Assembly (NCBI GenBank): GCA_964016885.1
Contig: OZ024742.1
Location: 357,182,001-357,246,000, forward strand
Length of the DNA: 64,000 bases
DNA from: Eledone cirrhosa
Taxonomy: Eukaryota
Direction: 5' to 3'
Positions 1 through 11,340 of this stretch are shown in pieces (positions within the stretch are counted from its first letter, which is position 1; each line of letters begins with the position of its first letter). The notes under the pieces were generated by a model. That model was not told the DNA's origin. It searched no databases and saw only the letters and a program-made list of their open reading frames with translations. A program made the position numbers and the translations under genes.

Positions 1-21
1 ACAGATGTTCCGCACCCTGTA

Positions 22-664
22 TATAAATCGAAAAAATGAAATTTCATTTCTCCCTCTTAGTATGGCTGATACTTAAATGTAAGTATGTATACGTACATAC
101 AGACGTATAGTAGTATGTATATACATGCATACATGCACACATATATATGTACGTATGGGTTTACCGAACATTTATGTGTGCATGTATGTTTGTATACACA
201 TACTACTGTATGTCTGTATACATATATGTATGCACGTATACATACTTACATTTAAGTAACAGCCGTACTAAGAGGGAGAAATGAAATTACATTTTTTCCA
301 TTTATCGTTTTCGGTACGCCCGGCCGACTAACTCACTCGATATATAAATTAGGCTGCTCAGCCATTAATATGCATGAGGAAAGTATATACTTTTAAACGC
401 TCAATCAACTGACAGGAAGGTATACGGTGCTGATGACAGCTAATAAGCTAGAAACTAGTTCATCGCTCCTTTGTCAGTGTTGAACAAATAGGGCAACGAT
501 GGTTGCCGAACACTGTACGGCTTAATTCAGGATGTTTGTTTACAAACAAACCGAGCATTATAATAAATGTTCGGTAAACCCATACGTACATATATATGTG
601 CATGTATGTATGTATATACATACTACTGTACGTCTGTATACATATATGTATGTACGTATACATA

Positions 665-670
<6 letters not shown>
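22..670 (+). mobile_element. Fold-back, terminally redundant non-autonomous element with hammerhead motif (Penelope pLTR/retrozyme-like)
   Basis: 22-175 is the reverse complement of 562-640 plus 235-305. 199-250 is directly repeated at 618-668 (~419-bp unit). Ends in (TA)n and contains the hammerhead at 425-465. Confidence 0.6.
425..465 (+). ncRNA. Minimal type I hammerhead ribozyme motif
   Basis: cggtg-CTGATGA-cagct aata agcta-GAAAC-TA-GTT-catcg. Stem I cggtg/catcg, stem II agct/agct, palindromic stem III (actagt), GUU cleavage triplet. Confidence 0.7.

Positions 671-725
<55 letters not shown>
668..725. repeat. (TA)n microsatellite
   Basis: Pure TA run. Similar runs at ~8940-9190, 15790-15920, 47120-47310 and 48595-49635. 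Confidence 0.95.
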
Positions 726-730
<5 letters not shown>

Positions 731-1761
731 TGTATTATATATTTATATGTGTGTGCATGTATATGTGTACGAGTGTGTATGCAAAAGGCAAACGGAATTA
801 ACAAAGCAAACACCACAGTACAATATATATATAACTAGTTACACACAGATACACACACACACAGACACTCATACAGATATCCTATTTTATAAAAGGTTAT
901 TACAATGCACTTGCTATCTGGTTCCTTCAAAGAGACATGATAAAGGAAAAACACTCAATAGCCTTGTGTCTCAACTTCAAAATTCATGAAATATTTGAAA
1001 TACGTGTTATTATGAAGAATTTCATTAGAAAATATAGCTTTTAAAGAATATCAGTGTTGCCATTCTTACTCCCGCTTTTACTTCTGTTCCCTTTATATCA
1101 TCAACTACACAGTCACATATGTAGAAATGGAGGAAAATAACACTCTATATGATTACGAGTACAATTGTTGCTTGCATTGAGTGTTCATTTTTATATCATC
1201 ATCATGGAAGCAGCAGTCATAGTCTTCACACATTCTTCCAATGTATTCTGTTTGATGTTGTCCCTGTCATCTTTATTTCCCCTTCAGCCAATCTCCCGCA
1301 GTTGTTCTTTCCTTGTACTGTCTTCCTTTCTTTTTTTTCTTTCTCTGGCAAGAAGTTAAACCTGACATTTCGGAAAACATTCTTCTGCAGAAAATTTACT
1401 GAAGACTTGAAAGGAATGGAAAGATACAAAAACAAGGAGCAAAAATAGATTGAGGCAGATTGCCTTGTATGTAGAGAATAGTAGATGGCTGCAGGTTCTG
1501 CTTTTGTCCAATATATAACAGACGATTCCACAGATATTCTGCAGCAATTCAATCAATTTCAACATAACTATCATATTTATTCTTAGATTCTTGTATTATA
1601 AAAATGGATTATCAGCCAATATTGTGGTGAAATCTTACCTCAAATACATCATAATCATTGTGATCTCCAGCAAACAGCTGACGATAAAAGGGATGTCTCT
1701 CTTCTTTTACACTCTGTCCATACTCTACATGCTCAGATTTATAATTATTATTATTATTAAA

Positions 1762-1948
1762 GGGCAGTGGATTGGCAGTATCGGTACAGAGTCGGATGCC
1801 ATGCTTTTTAGCATAGAGTTACGGCTCTTTACAGTTTGAGTTCAAATTCCGCCGAGGTTAACTTTGCCTTTATCCATACAGGGTTGATAAAATAAAGCAG
1901 CGGTAATGCACTCGGATAATTGCTGGACTTGTGCCCAAAGTAGAAACA

Positions 1949-1950
<2 letters not shown>
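1762..1950 (+). mobile_element. tRNA-derived SINE, full-length copy (family S1)
   Basis: A-box-like tggcagtatcgg, B-box gagttcaaattcc (1838-1850), conserved gataaaataaag..cagtaatgcact body, tail gtagaaacaat followed by (ATT)n. Homologous copies occur elsewhere in the window. Confidence 0.85.
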
Positions 1951-2011
<61 letters not shown>

Positions 2012-2174
2012 TTTATTGACGACCTACGTAGTAAATCGTATCATCGTGAGCTCCGCAAAGGTTTGTTATTTTCAGTTGTTTAAAATTGCCATTTATGGAA
2101 AAAAAAATGTTGTTAACTGTATATAAGTGCACATACATTGATTTCTGAAAAGGACACTCAAAAATATTGGGGCC

Positions 2175-4199
2175 TTGAGCCCAAAATTTAAACTTTTTAC
2201 AATTATCAAACAAAAAAAAATTTCTTTAAAAAATCATGCCAACACTAAAAATATAAGCAGTAGCAATATTTTAAATTTGTCTCAGCCAGACATTCATTTC
2301 CCGCCATTACCAATGACTGCAGGTGTTAAAGCCGCCACTCCCACTACAGCGACAACAGAAACAAAAGAAAAAAATAAATTAACTCGTGATATCGAAATGA
2401 ATTCAACCAAAATGAACTCTTCCACACCGAACACCACTGACGCCACCACCACCACAACTGAAACTAAAATTAACAATAACAAAATTAACGATAACAACAA
2501 CTGCAACAATGAAATTAAAAAAAGTACCCTGAGTTTTGCCAGAGTAGCAAAAACATGCGAAGCGATCTAGGTAACTCAGGAGGAATTAGAAGAAGCCAAA
2601 AGAATGGTAAAGAAAGATGGGTACAGGGTCAGCCTCCCCCCCACACACACACATAATAAAATGGAGCATCGTCGCCTATGCACCGTGTTCCTTATCGGAC
2701 AATTAACATAAAATCGCGCCGAGTGTAACGGGCATCCGAGTCCCAAATCCAAAAAGGTTTGGGACATGCGTGGGCAAAAAAAACCCACATCAGATGTGGG
2801 CAGAAATATGGAACCGTCGACGTGTTCTTTGAAACACCACAGGAGGCCAGAGAACTCTCCATGGCCCCATTAAGAAGTGACGACTTCACACTCATCCCAA
2901 GCTATTGTGGCCAGAGACTTGTGAAGATCAGGGTGACCCACGTTCCACCGGCCATCGAAATTCCCTGGCTAATGGCTGCCGTCCTCGCCGGCATCGAGGC
3001 CAACACCAAGATAATCGAAATAGCGAAAGAAAAGCAGGAGAACTGGTCTGGATCTGGGATGGAGCTCCTGATCCAAGCGGACCATAAAAGCATTGAGGAG
3101 ATCCCAGAGGTAATAGACCTCACTGACGGCAACCACCTCACCGTAATCGTCGAGGGTAGAAGGCCTAGGTGTGTCGTTTGTGGTGAAGGAACCCACCTAA
3201 GGGCTTTCTGCCCTCAGGCTAAAAGGTTGAGGCCACCTCTCTTACCCACCCCAGTGACTCAACAATCAACACCAGCAGCAGCAGAAATGGCAGCAACAAC
3301 AGGAGCAACTGTAACAGCAACAACCCCAAAAACAGTAGCAAAACCAACAACACCACCACCCAACGCGCCAGGACTAGCACCAGCGCCTACACCATCCACC
3401 ACGCCACAACCAAAACCAACGCCTGTGGAGGATTTTCCACTCCCCGGCTTATCGCAACTGGAGACAGATTGTGATGACGAGGAGTGGGAAACGGTATCAG
3501 GAAAAGAAAAAAAAGAACCAAAAAAGAAAAAATTCTCTTCATTCCCTCTCCAAAAACAAAATACAGAGGGAAACAAATAAATTATCAAACAAAAACGTTA
3601 GGACAGATATGCCACCATCCACACCAGCATCACCAACCCCATCACCACAAACACCAACACCATCACCATCATTAACCCCAACACCACAATCACCAACACC
3701 ACAAAAGTCACCAAAAAGCGTAACAGAAACAAACCCACAACAAACGCAAACAAAACAAAACAACAAAAACGATACAATCTACACAGCATTAAATTTGAAC
3801 GATCTGAGTTCAAATCCCGCCGAGGTTGACTTTGCCTTTCATCCTTACGGGATCGATAAAATAAAGTACCAGTAATGCACTGGGTAATTGCTAGCCTTGT
3901 GCCTAAAGTAGAAACAATTAAATTTGAACAACAACCAATTATTACACTACATGCAACACAACACCAACATCACAGAAAAAGACTACACAACAACCCAAAA
4001 GTCCACACCACCTCCACACATACAAATCACTCGCATCACACAGAAAACGTACACGACACTAAAACAAAAATTCGCCAAAGACATCGGAGACTTCCGACAA
4101 ACACTCTCCAGGAGGATTTGTAAGGACATCCTTCCGGAGGAGGCCACAAGCAGTGAAAAGGATGGACAAACCATCCTTCCTCTACGAGAAGTAAGGTAA
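2175..4199 (+). pseudogene. Tx1-like ORF1 (gag-like; zinc knuckle, Pro/Thr-rich linker), broken by stops, a frameshift and a SINE insertion
   Basis: ORF 2759..3580 contains 'LTVIVEGRRPRCVVCGEGTHLRAFCP' (CX2CX4HX4C). Pieces 3471..3800 and 3930..4199 join in frame once the SINE and one TSD copy are removed. Confidence 0.7.
3801..3916 (+). mobile_element. 5'-truncated S1 SINE inserted in the Tx1 ORF1
   Basis: B-box-to-tail part of S1, flanked by the 13-bp direct repeat attaaatttgaac (3788-3800 and 3917-3929). Confidence 0.9.
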
Positions 4200-4233
4200 G
4201 TGGTCATTCCCATCTTTTTCACACCATTTCAAC

Positions 4234-7200
4234 ATGACCTCACTCAGAATAGGCAGCATAAATGCACGTGGCTTGGGGTCGTCATGGAAGCACTGCCACG
4301 TGCTCAACGACCTCAGGTCACTAAACATAGATGTAGTGGCCATCAGCGAGACCAGAATATCCGAAGTACGGGCCTTCGCACCGATCTTCGGCGGCTACGA
4401 TGTGTACGCATCTCCCAGCCGTCCGGGATCGGGGCGAGGAGTTGCTGTGCTTTTTCGGAGAGGTTTGGATCTCGCCTTACGGGCCATCTTCCTGGACCCA
4501 GAAGGTAAGTTGGTGGTGCTAGACGTGACCAGCGGAGACGGGCAAGCTTTCAGGCTAGTGGCCGTCTATGCCCGACAGGAGCAGGGCGGCCTGATTTCTT
4601 CCGGCGTCTGGAGACCTTTCTTGGAACGTCTCGCTCTTAAGTGTTGTGGGCGACTGGAACGGGATCTTAGATGCACGCTGGGACTGTGTGGGATCAGCGG
4701 ATAGGGGAGGAGGGTGCAAGAGCCTCACCAACCTGCTCAGGCGTTTTGAACTGTCTGACAGGTACCGATTGGATTTCCCGAATGTTCCAATGTGCACTTG
4801 GACAAATCGCATAGGGTCATCCAGATCATATCTAGATAGAGTATTTTGTAGGGAAATAGATAGGTCTAGCATAGGATGTCCACAATTCAAGATAGTCAGC
4901 TACACGGACCACAAATTCGTGATCTGTGTGCTTGACTTAGATAGTCTTCATAGACGAGGACCCGGCTACTGGAAGCTAAACGCGTCCTTACCAGCGCGCA
5001 AGGAATACAGAGACCGGTTTAGCGAACTAGTTAAGCGGGCGTTGACGGGGGCCATCGTCAACAACAAGTGGTGGTTTGCTCTGAAAAGAGCAATTAGAAT
5101 AGAGTCCATTAGGTTTAGTAAGGCTTTAGCAATAGAGCAAAATAGAGCAGAGGGAGAATTAGTTAGAAAATTAGACGAGGTGCTTAGCAAAGGCATCGCG
5201 ACCGACGTACTTGCGGCGAAATTGGCCCTTGACCAATTCTTCAATGCAAAGCACAAAGGCTGCGTTGTCAGAGCTAGGGTGCGTGCTCTCAGACACGAGG
5301 GGACGAAAGCCGTTCAATGGGCCCGAGTGGCGAAGGCGCGTCGTGGCAACAAACCACGATCCGTTCTTTGGTGGACCACGACGGGCGCATGCTACTCGAT
5401 CCCGGGCAAATGTGTGAAGTTTTTCAGCGACACTTCGCACAGCTGTTCGGGTGCAGCGGCGGGCCGGATCGAGGGATAGACTTTAGTGTATACCTCGACG
5501 GACTGACGCGGCTACAAGCCACTGAGGCGGAGTGTTGCGAAAAGCCGATATCAGCGGCTGAAGTACGGGAGGCAATGACTGGCTGCACAAGGGGTAAATC
5601 GCCTGGTTTGGATGGTCTGCCCTATGAACTTTACGTACAGATACCAGACTTGTTCGGAGGCCTCTTGGCGGACGTCTATTGCAACTGGCAACAGAACGGG
5701 AGAATTCCCAGCTCTGTGAGCCGAGGAGCTGTGGTGCTGCTGAGAAAGGATCCGAACAAGGGGGATAACATAGATAATTTCAGCCCATAACTCTGCTAAA
5801 CACAGAGTTCAAGATTTTGGCCAAGGTGCTAGCAAAGAGTTGGCGCTTGTCGTTGGTGGTCTGGTGGGAGAGGCGCAGACGTGCGCCATTCCAGACAGAT
5901 CCATCCACGACAACCTCCACCTCATGCGATACATCGTAGAGAGGGTAGCTAGGGAACCTGGCACGGGTGGGTCCTTGATCAATTTAGATCAGTCGAAAGC
6001 TTTCGATAGGGTCGACCATCGTTACCTAGCGGCAGTCCTGAGGGCGGCTGGCTTTGGGCCCGTCTTCAGAGGCTGGATCGCTGCCATGCACAGCGACATC
6101 TGCTCTGTGGTGAGAGTGAACGGTCACCTTTCGGAACCGTTCAACATCATGCGCTCGGTCCGCCAAGGATGTCCCCTCTCGTCCCTCTTGTACGTATTGA
6201 CTCTCGAGCCATTACTGCACAAACTGGAGACGTTGAGGGGGGGGGGGGTCCCGCGCGACCTAGGAAGCGGAAGATCCGTGTCAGCATATGCGGACGATGT
6301 CACTGTAGTGGTGTCGAACGCCAAACACATCGATGCGATCGGTACTACACTAAGAGAATACGAAGCGGTGACAGGAGCAATGATCAACCAGGAAAAGTCA
6401 GTGGCCTGCAGCTCGGCCCCTGGAGAGGCAGGTCCATGCCATCCAACAGTGTCGTCGGGCGCTGGACGGACGGACCGATTAAATTGCTAGGGGTCTGGTT
6501 CGGTCCGGACCTCCAGACGGACAAAAACTGGGACGAGGTGACGAGCAGGGTGGCTTCTCTCACCCAGAAATGGGAGGAGAGGAAGCTATCCCTGAAAGGT
6601 CGAGTGGAGGTGGCTAACGCGTACATCGCGCTCGTCATCTACTACCGCCTCACCGTCGTACCTTGTTCTAAGCCCCGCCTGACTGCGCTGGAGCATTTGC
6701 TCTTTCGCTTTTTGTGGATGGGACGCGCTCCGATGGTCAGGCGGTCCATCTGCTGTCAACACCCGCTACGTGGAGGGCTGGGCATGCGGTGGCTGATGAT
6801 GCGCAGACACGCGCTCAGGCTACGACATCTCCACCTCTTCCTCGAGGGTGATCACGTGTGGTCGCCGTTTGCTAGACACGTCTTTCCGCAGCTCGTCTCC
6901 TTGACGGAGCTGCATCCTGGGTCAAGCGAAGACCGAGAGGGAGCGCTTGGAGACTGGAATGTCTTCAGGCGCTCACAGCCCTCGACCAATCGGGCAATGT
7001 GATCGGTGGAAACTCCTCTTTGGCGCTCTATAGAGGATTAGTGGAGGGGAAGAGCGACGACCTACTTGGAGAAAATCTAGGCGTCGACGAAAATCAACTA
7101 GCCAATCTCTTCGGAAGGACTTTCGGGCCGGGGCCGATGGACAACTTCCAGAAATCACTGGCCTGGCAGTGCTACCGAGGAGCTTTGCCAGTTCGGGATA

Positions 7201-7697
7201 AACTCTACAGGCATGGAGGTGCCGTCACCCGGGCATGTCCGAGATGCGCGCAGGGCGACGAAACCTTCCTGCACGCACTCGTCCGGTGTCCGAGCATGGC
7301 TGACTTGTGGGTTTATGTCGAACACCTGCTGTCACGTGTAGGACGGATCCAGCTATGAGCTGAGTCCATCGTGAGGATTGCCTCGCCCTCTTCCTTTAGC
7401 CGGCAAGGGCAGGCAGTTTTTATCTGTCTGGTGGCCATGGCGAAAGAGATAGTATGGTGGACACGTTTGAAAGGGCTGAAGACGAACATTTACCTCTTCG
7501 GTGATTCCCTGATTAACTTTTTCAAATTTCATTTGAAAAGGGAAATCAGGGTAGAGAGGGAAGTGATCTCTTCCCAGCATTTTGTTGAAAGATGGGTGAG
7601 AGAAGCAAGTATGGCCCGAGTATGTGTCTGTAAATTAAAGGTGGAAAACTGGGAGAGGGCACTTGCCCTGGTGGTCAGGGTCACTGTGGCCTTTTAA
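4234..7697 (+). pseudogene. Tx1-like ORF2: AP endonuclease, reverse transcriptase and C-terminal zinc finger, with multiple frameshifts
   Basis: Motifs IGSINARGL, VAISET, GDWN, SYLDR, TDHK, GPGYWKLN, KSPGLDGLPYE, LDQSKAFDRV, VRQGCPLS, AYADD, LLGVWFG, LSLKGRV, CPRC..DETFLHALVRC across ORFs from 4234 to 7697. Confidence 0.92.
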
Positions 7698-7912
7698 TGG
7701 GCTTTCTCCACAAATGTCCCTCGGAAGTCTCCCCCCTTTTGGGGAATTTTTCATTGTTATTTTTATTACAACCTCTGTTTTTTTACACGCAGAAAAGCCC
7801 ATTTGTACCGTCCTGTATTGTCCTCTACTGTCCTTAATGTCTACTTTATGTAAACCCTTGTGGTTAATAAAGAAATCATTATTATAATAATAATAATTAT
7901 TATTATTATTAT

Positions 7913-8092
7913 AGCGGTGGATTGGTAATATCGGTAGAGAGTCAGACGCTATGCTTTGATGCATAGAGTTACGGGCCTTTAAGTTCCGAGTTTAAACCCC
8001 ACCGAAGTTAGCTTTGCCTTTCATCCTTATGGAGTTGATAAAATAGAGTACCAGTAATGCACTGAGTCAATTTAATCGACTTTTCCCTCCCC
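7913..8092 (+). mobile_element. S1-like tRNA SINE
   Basis: gcggtggattggtaatatcggtagagagtcagacgctatgc...gagtttaaacccc...gataaaatagagtaccagtaatgcac. Confidence 0.85.
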
Positions 8093-8738
8093 AACGAAGC
8101 CTGGATGCTCCAATGGATGTGTAATGGTAATATACGCAAACGGCAAAGCATAAACGAATTGAGAGAGAAAGACTAAGCATAAGGGAAATCAAATGCTGTT
8201 TGCAGGAGAGGAGATTACCTTGGTTTTGGACATGTGAAGCCTATGAATGATGGCAGCTGCGTAAAAAGGTCAAAAGCACTAAAAGTCAATGGAAGGCTTA
8301 CAGTGGGGAGACACAAGATGACCTGGGATGAGGTGATAAAAGCTGACCTTGCCCAATTGTAAATCTCAAAGGCGATGACACAAGACCGAAACCTCTGGCG
8401 TTACGCAGTAATACAGAAGACTGGACTTCTCACGGATACCAGCTGTTGCTGAAGTATATAGACAGTATGCCCCCATCCCCTCCCACTGTAAAGTGGTCAT
8501 ATAGGTGTCACAACAAAAAGCACCGAGTCCACATTGTAAACTGATCGTATAGGTGCCACAGTAAAAAAGCACCCAGTACTCACTGTAAATGAGGTTGGTG
8601 TTAGGAAGGGCATCCAACTGTAGAGATTAAGCCAAAATCAATTCCATATAAGAAAGGCATAGTCACTTGATGTGGCATTGCTCAAAACAGGACAACCCAT
8701 CTAACCCATGCTATCGTGGAAGATGATGATGATGATGA
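8093..8738 (+). mobile_element. RTE LINE 3' fragment
   Basis: Encodes degraded NEA.ML.WMC...ERRL.WFGHV...TWDEVI. 3' UTR ggtgttaggaagggcatcca and a (GAT)n tail. Confidence 0.85.
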
Positions 8739-8949
8739 TATATATACATATATATACTATAAGAATAAAAGGACAAAGAGTCAGTGTTGCATCATATCAT
8801 ATTTAATAGCATATTACAAATGTTTCACTATTGATCAACTGGAGGAAAGATCTATTATTGATCGAACCTGACTCTGGAATCGAAAGATCCTCAGATATGC
8901 ATCGGTATGTAATCTTCTCTCCGATTCAGAGACGAGATATGTATGTATG

Positions 8950-9042
<93 letters not shown>

Positions 9043-9088
9043 TTATATATATATGTATGTATATATATATATATACAGTATATGTATG

Positions 9089-9141
<53 letters not shown>

Positions 9142-9191
9142 GTATATATATATATGTATATATATACATATATATATATGTATATATATAT

Positions 9192-9880
9192 ATCATCATC
9201 ATCATCTTCGTTTAACGTCCATTTTCCAGGCTAGCATGGGTTAGACGGGAGTTGTCCCACTTAAGGCAAAGTTGGTCGGGTGACCGTGTCTCGCTCATAT
9301 AGGAGGTTTTCTACGGCTGGATGCCCTTCCTAACACCAACCACATTTACAATGTGGAACTAGGAACTTTTTACCGTGTTACCTACACAACCACATTACAG
9401 CGTGGACTGTGTGTTTTTTTCTCGTGACACCTACACGATCTCGATCTCATTTTCTCGTGCTGTTGGTGGGAGTGGGAGGATAGGGTAGGGGTAGTGGATT
9501 GGGGTGTATATTTGGTTAAGAGGTGCCTACTGACTGTAGGTTTCGCTTTGTACATAGGCAAGGCGGGTCCTCTGTATTACTGCATAGCGCCAAAGATCTC
9601 CGTCCAGAGACATTGTCTTAGAGAGATGAAAGTTTGTGAGGTCGGAATTTATCAGATCATCCCAGGTTTTTCTGGGTCTACCTATTCCGTAACTACCATC
9701 AATTTTGATCGCCTCGTACTTTTTTATACAGCTGTCATCTTCCATGCGTATCACATGGCCATACCAACGTAGTCTTCGCTCGAGCAAACAGCATCTGATC
9801 CCTCTTATTCCTAATTTCTCACGTAGTTCAATTATGGTTTGCCGTTCACGTATATTACTATTACACATCCAACGGATCAT
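9192..9880 (-). mobile_element. RTE LINE 3' fragment
   Basis: ORF 9527..9880 (RRLRWYGHV...GRPRKTW...SETYSQ), 3' UTR and a (GAT)n tail abutting (TA)n. Confidence 0.9.
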
Positions 9881-9906
9881 ATATATATATATATATGTGT
9901 GTGTGT

Positions 9907-10670
9907 TTTATAAGAATATAAAAGAAAAATGAACACAGATATATACATATATGTGTTCAAATCGTAAGGGACCGGATTCGCTAAGGTGAAAAGAATACTA
10001 ACTATAGACAATTGGGTTTTACACCACTAAAAATAGCAGCCAGGTTTATTCGACATTTGAAATAGCTCAACAAATTAACGGAGCCGAATATATCAAAGGT
10101 ATATATTGAGTTAGGAACTCAAAATAGTCTCTTGAGACTATTTTGAGTTCCTAACTTAATATATACCTTTGATATATTCGGCTCCGTTAATTTGTTGAGC
10201 TATTTCAACTGTCGAATAAACCTGGCTGTTATTTTTAGTGGTGTAAGTTTGTGAGACACGCTAAGATACCATTTGCGCTATTATATATAGCACACTATTC
10301 AGTTTCTTAATATACTTAGAAGTGTCTAGGATACTTATTCATCACCCACTGATGAGCTTGAATTGGTAATTCTATTCACAATTAACATTGCCAAACAACA
10401 CCAAGTTGTCTGGGTGATTGGTAGTTACCACAATTCCGGTTTGTATTTATTTTCTTGATTTTTTCTTAAATTGAGACAAGCAAACTCAATTGTCTATAGT
10501 TAGTATTCTTTTCACCTTATCAAATCCGGTCCCTTACGATTTGAACACATATGTATATATCTGTGTTCGTTTTTCTTTTATATTCTATTATAATATACGG
10601 CTCGGAAATATCTCTTTCTTAGAGCTATTTTGTTGTAAGAGACTATTTTGAGTTCCTAACTCAATATATA
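9907..10670 (+). mobile_element. Fold-back, terminally redundant element with hammerhead motif (Penelope pLTR/retrozyme-like)
   Basis: 9912-10130 is the reverse complement of 10133-10246 plus ~10482-10587. 10133-10165 is repeated at 10639-10670 (~505-bp unit). Flanked by (TA)n. Confidence 0.65.
10341..10418 (+). ncRNA. Type I hammerhead motif with a G12C core change (probably inactive)
   Basis: atcaccca-CTGATGA-gc...gc-CAAA-caac accaa gttg-TC-tgggtgat. Perfect 8-bp stem I, 4-bp stem III, GUC triplet; GAAA appears as CAAA. Confidence 0.65.
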
Positions 10671-10692
10671 TATATGTATGTATATATATATA

Positions 10693-11240
10693 TCATCATC
10701 ATAATCATCATCATTTTATGTGCGCTTTTCCTTGCTTGCTCTTGAGCCGTACCCCAGTTTAACCATCCTGGAGCTGTTCAACATGACTATTGAAGTCCCC
10801 TGTAAGCATAATGATGTCTCCGTCCTCTGTCATTGCGGCTGTTTGTAAAAGTTGCTCGTAAAAGTAGTCTTTCTCTTCTTTGCCTAGGCCTGCTTGGGGA
10901 GCATAGGCAGAGATGATTGTCAGTAGTCTCCTGCCTACAACTAATCTAAGCTTAATTATTTGATTATTAACTCAAACTACCTCTATTGTCTTATTGATCC
11001 ATCTCTCAGCCAGGAAAATGCCTACTTCCCCTAACCCATCATCCTTACCTACCCAGAAAAGCTTATAGCTAAGATGTTTGCCTGCGACTAGTCTCGTAGA
11101 GGCACCTCTCCATCTCACCTCTTCCACGCAGCACACATCCACATGCCTTCTCTCCAGCAACTCCACTATTTCACCAGATCTACCTGTCAGAGTGCCAACA
11201 TTAAGTATTGCAACTCTGAGATGTGACGTCTTCATATTTT
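10693..11240 (-). mobile_element. Internally deleted RTE LINE (endonuclease region joined to a 3' tail)
   Basis: ORF 10972..11235 has LRVAILNVGTLTGRSGEIVELLERR..DVCCVEEVRW, followed by ISAYAPQAG-type sequence. A (GAT)n tail-like end lies at 10693-10740. Confidence 0.75.
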
Positions 11241-11340
11241 TGTTGTTGTTCCTATATATTTGTTGCTGTGCTCATAATTTTTTTGGCATTTATACGGTGG
11301 TTGGATGCCCTTCCCAACACCAGTGCCATGTATGTATATA

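Larger units (their letters stand above)
2010..7876 (+). mobile_element. L1/Tx1-clade non-LTR retrotransposon, near full length, inactivated by frameshifts
   Basis: ORF1 with a CCHC knuckle, then ORF2 with APE-RT-C-terminal zinc finger. AATAAA at 7865 followed by an (ATT/AAT)n tract. Confidence 0.9.

Noticed and set aside
880-1740. Non-repetitive stretch with short ORFs on both strands; possible exon or decayed pseudogene
   Set aside because: No recognisable motif, frames are interrupted, and no convincing splice pair was found. It needs BLASTX or RNA-seq.
1762-1850. tRNA gene candidates at SINE heads
   Set aside because: A/B boxes are present but there is no cloverleaf, and they are followed by the SINE body and tail.
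8835-8900. Possible hammerhead relic (ctggagga...atcGAAAgatcctcag) in a (TA)-flanked insert
   Set aside because: The core is non-canonical and no consistent stem I could be built.
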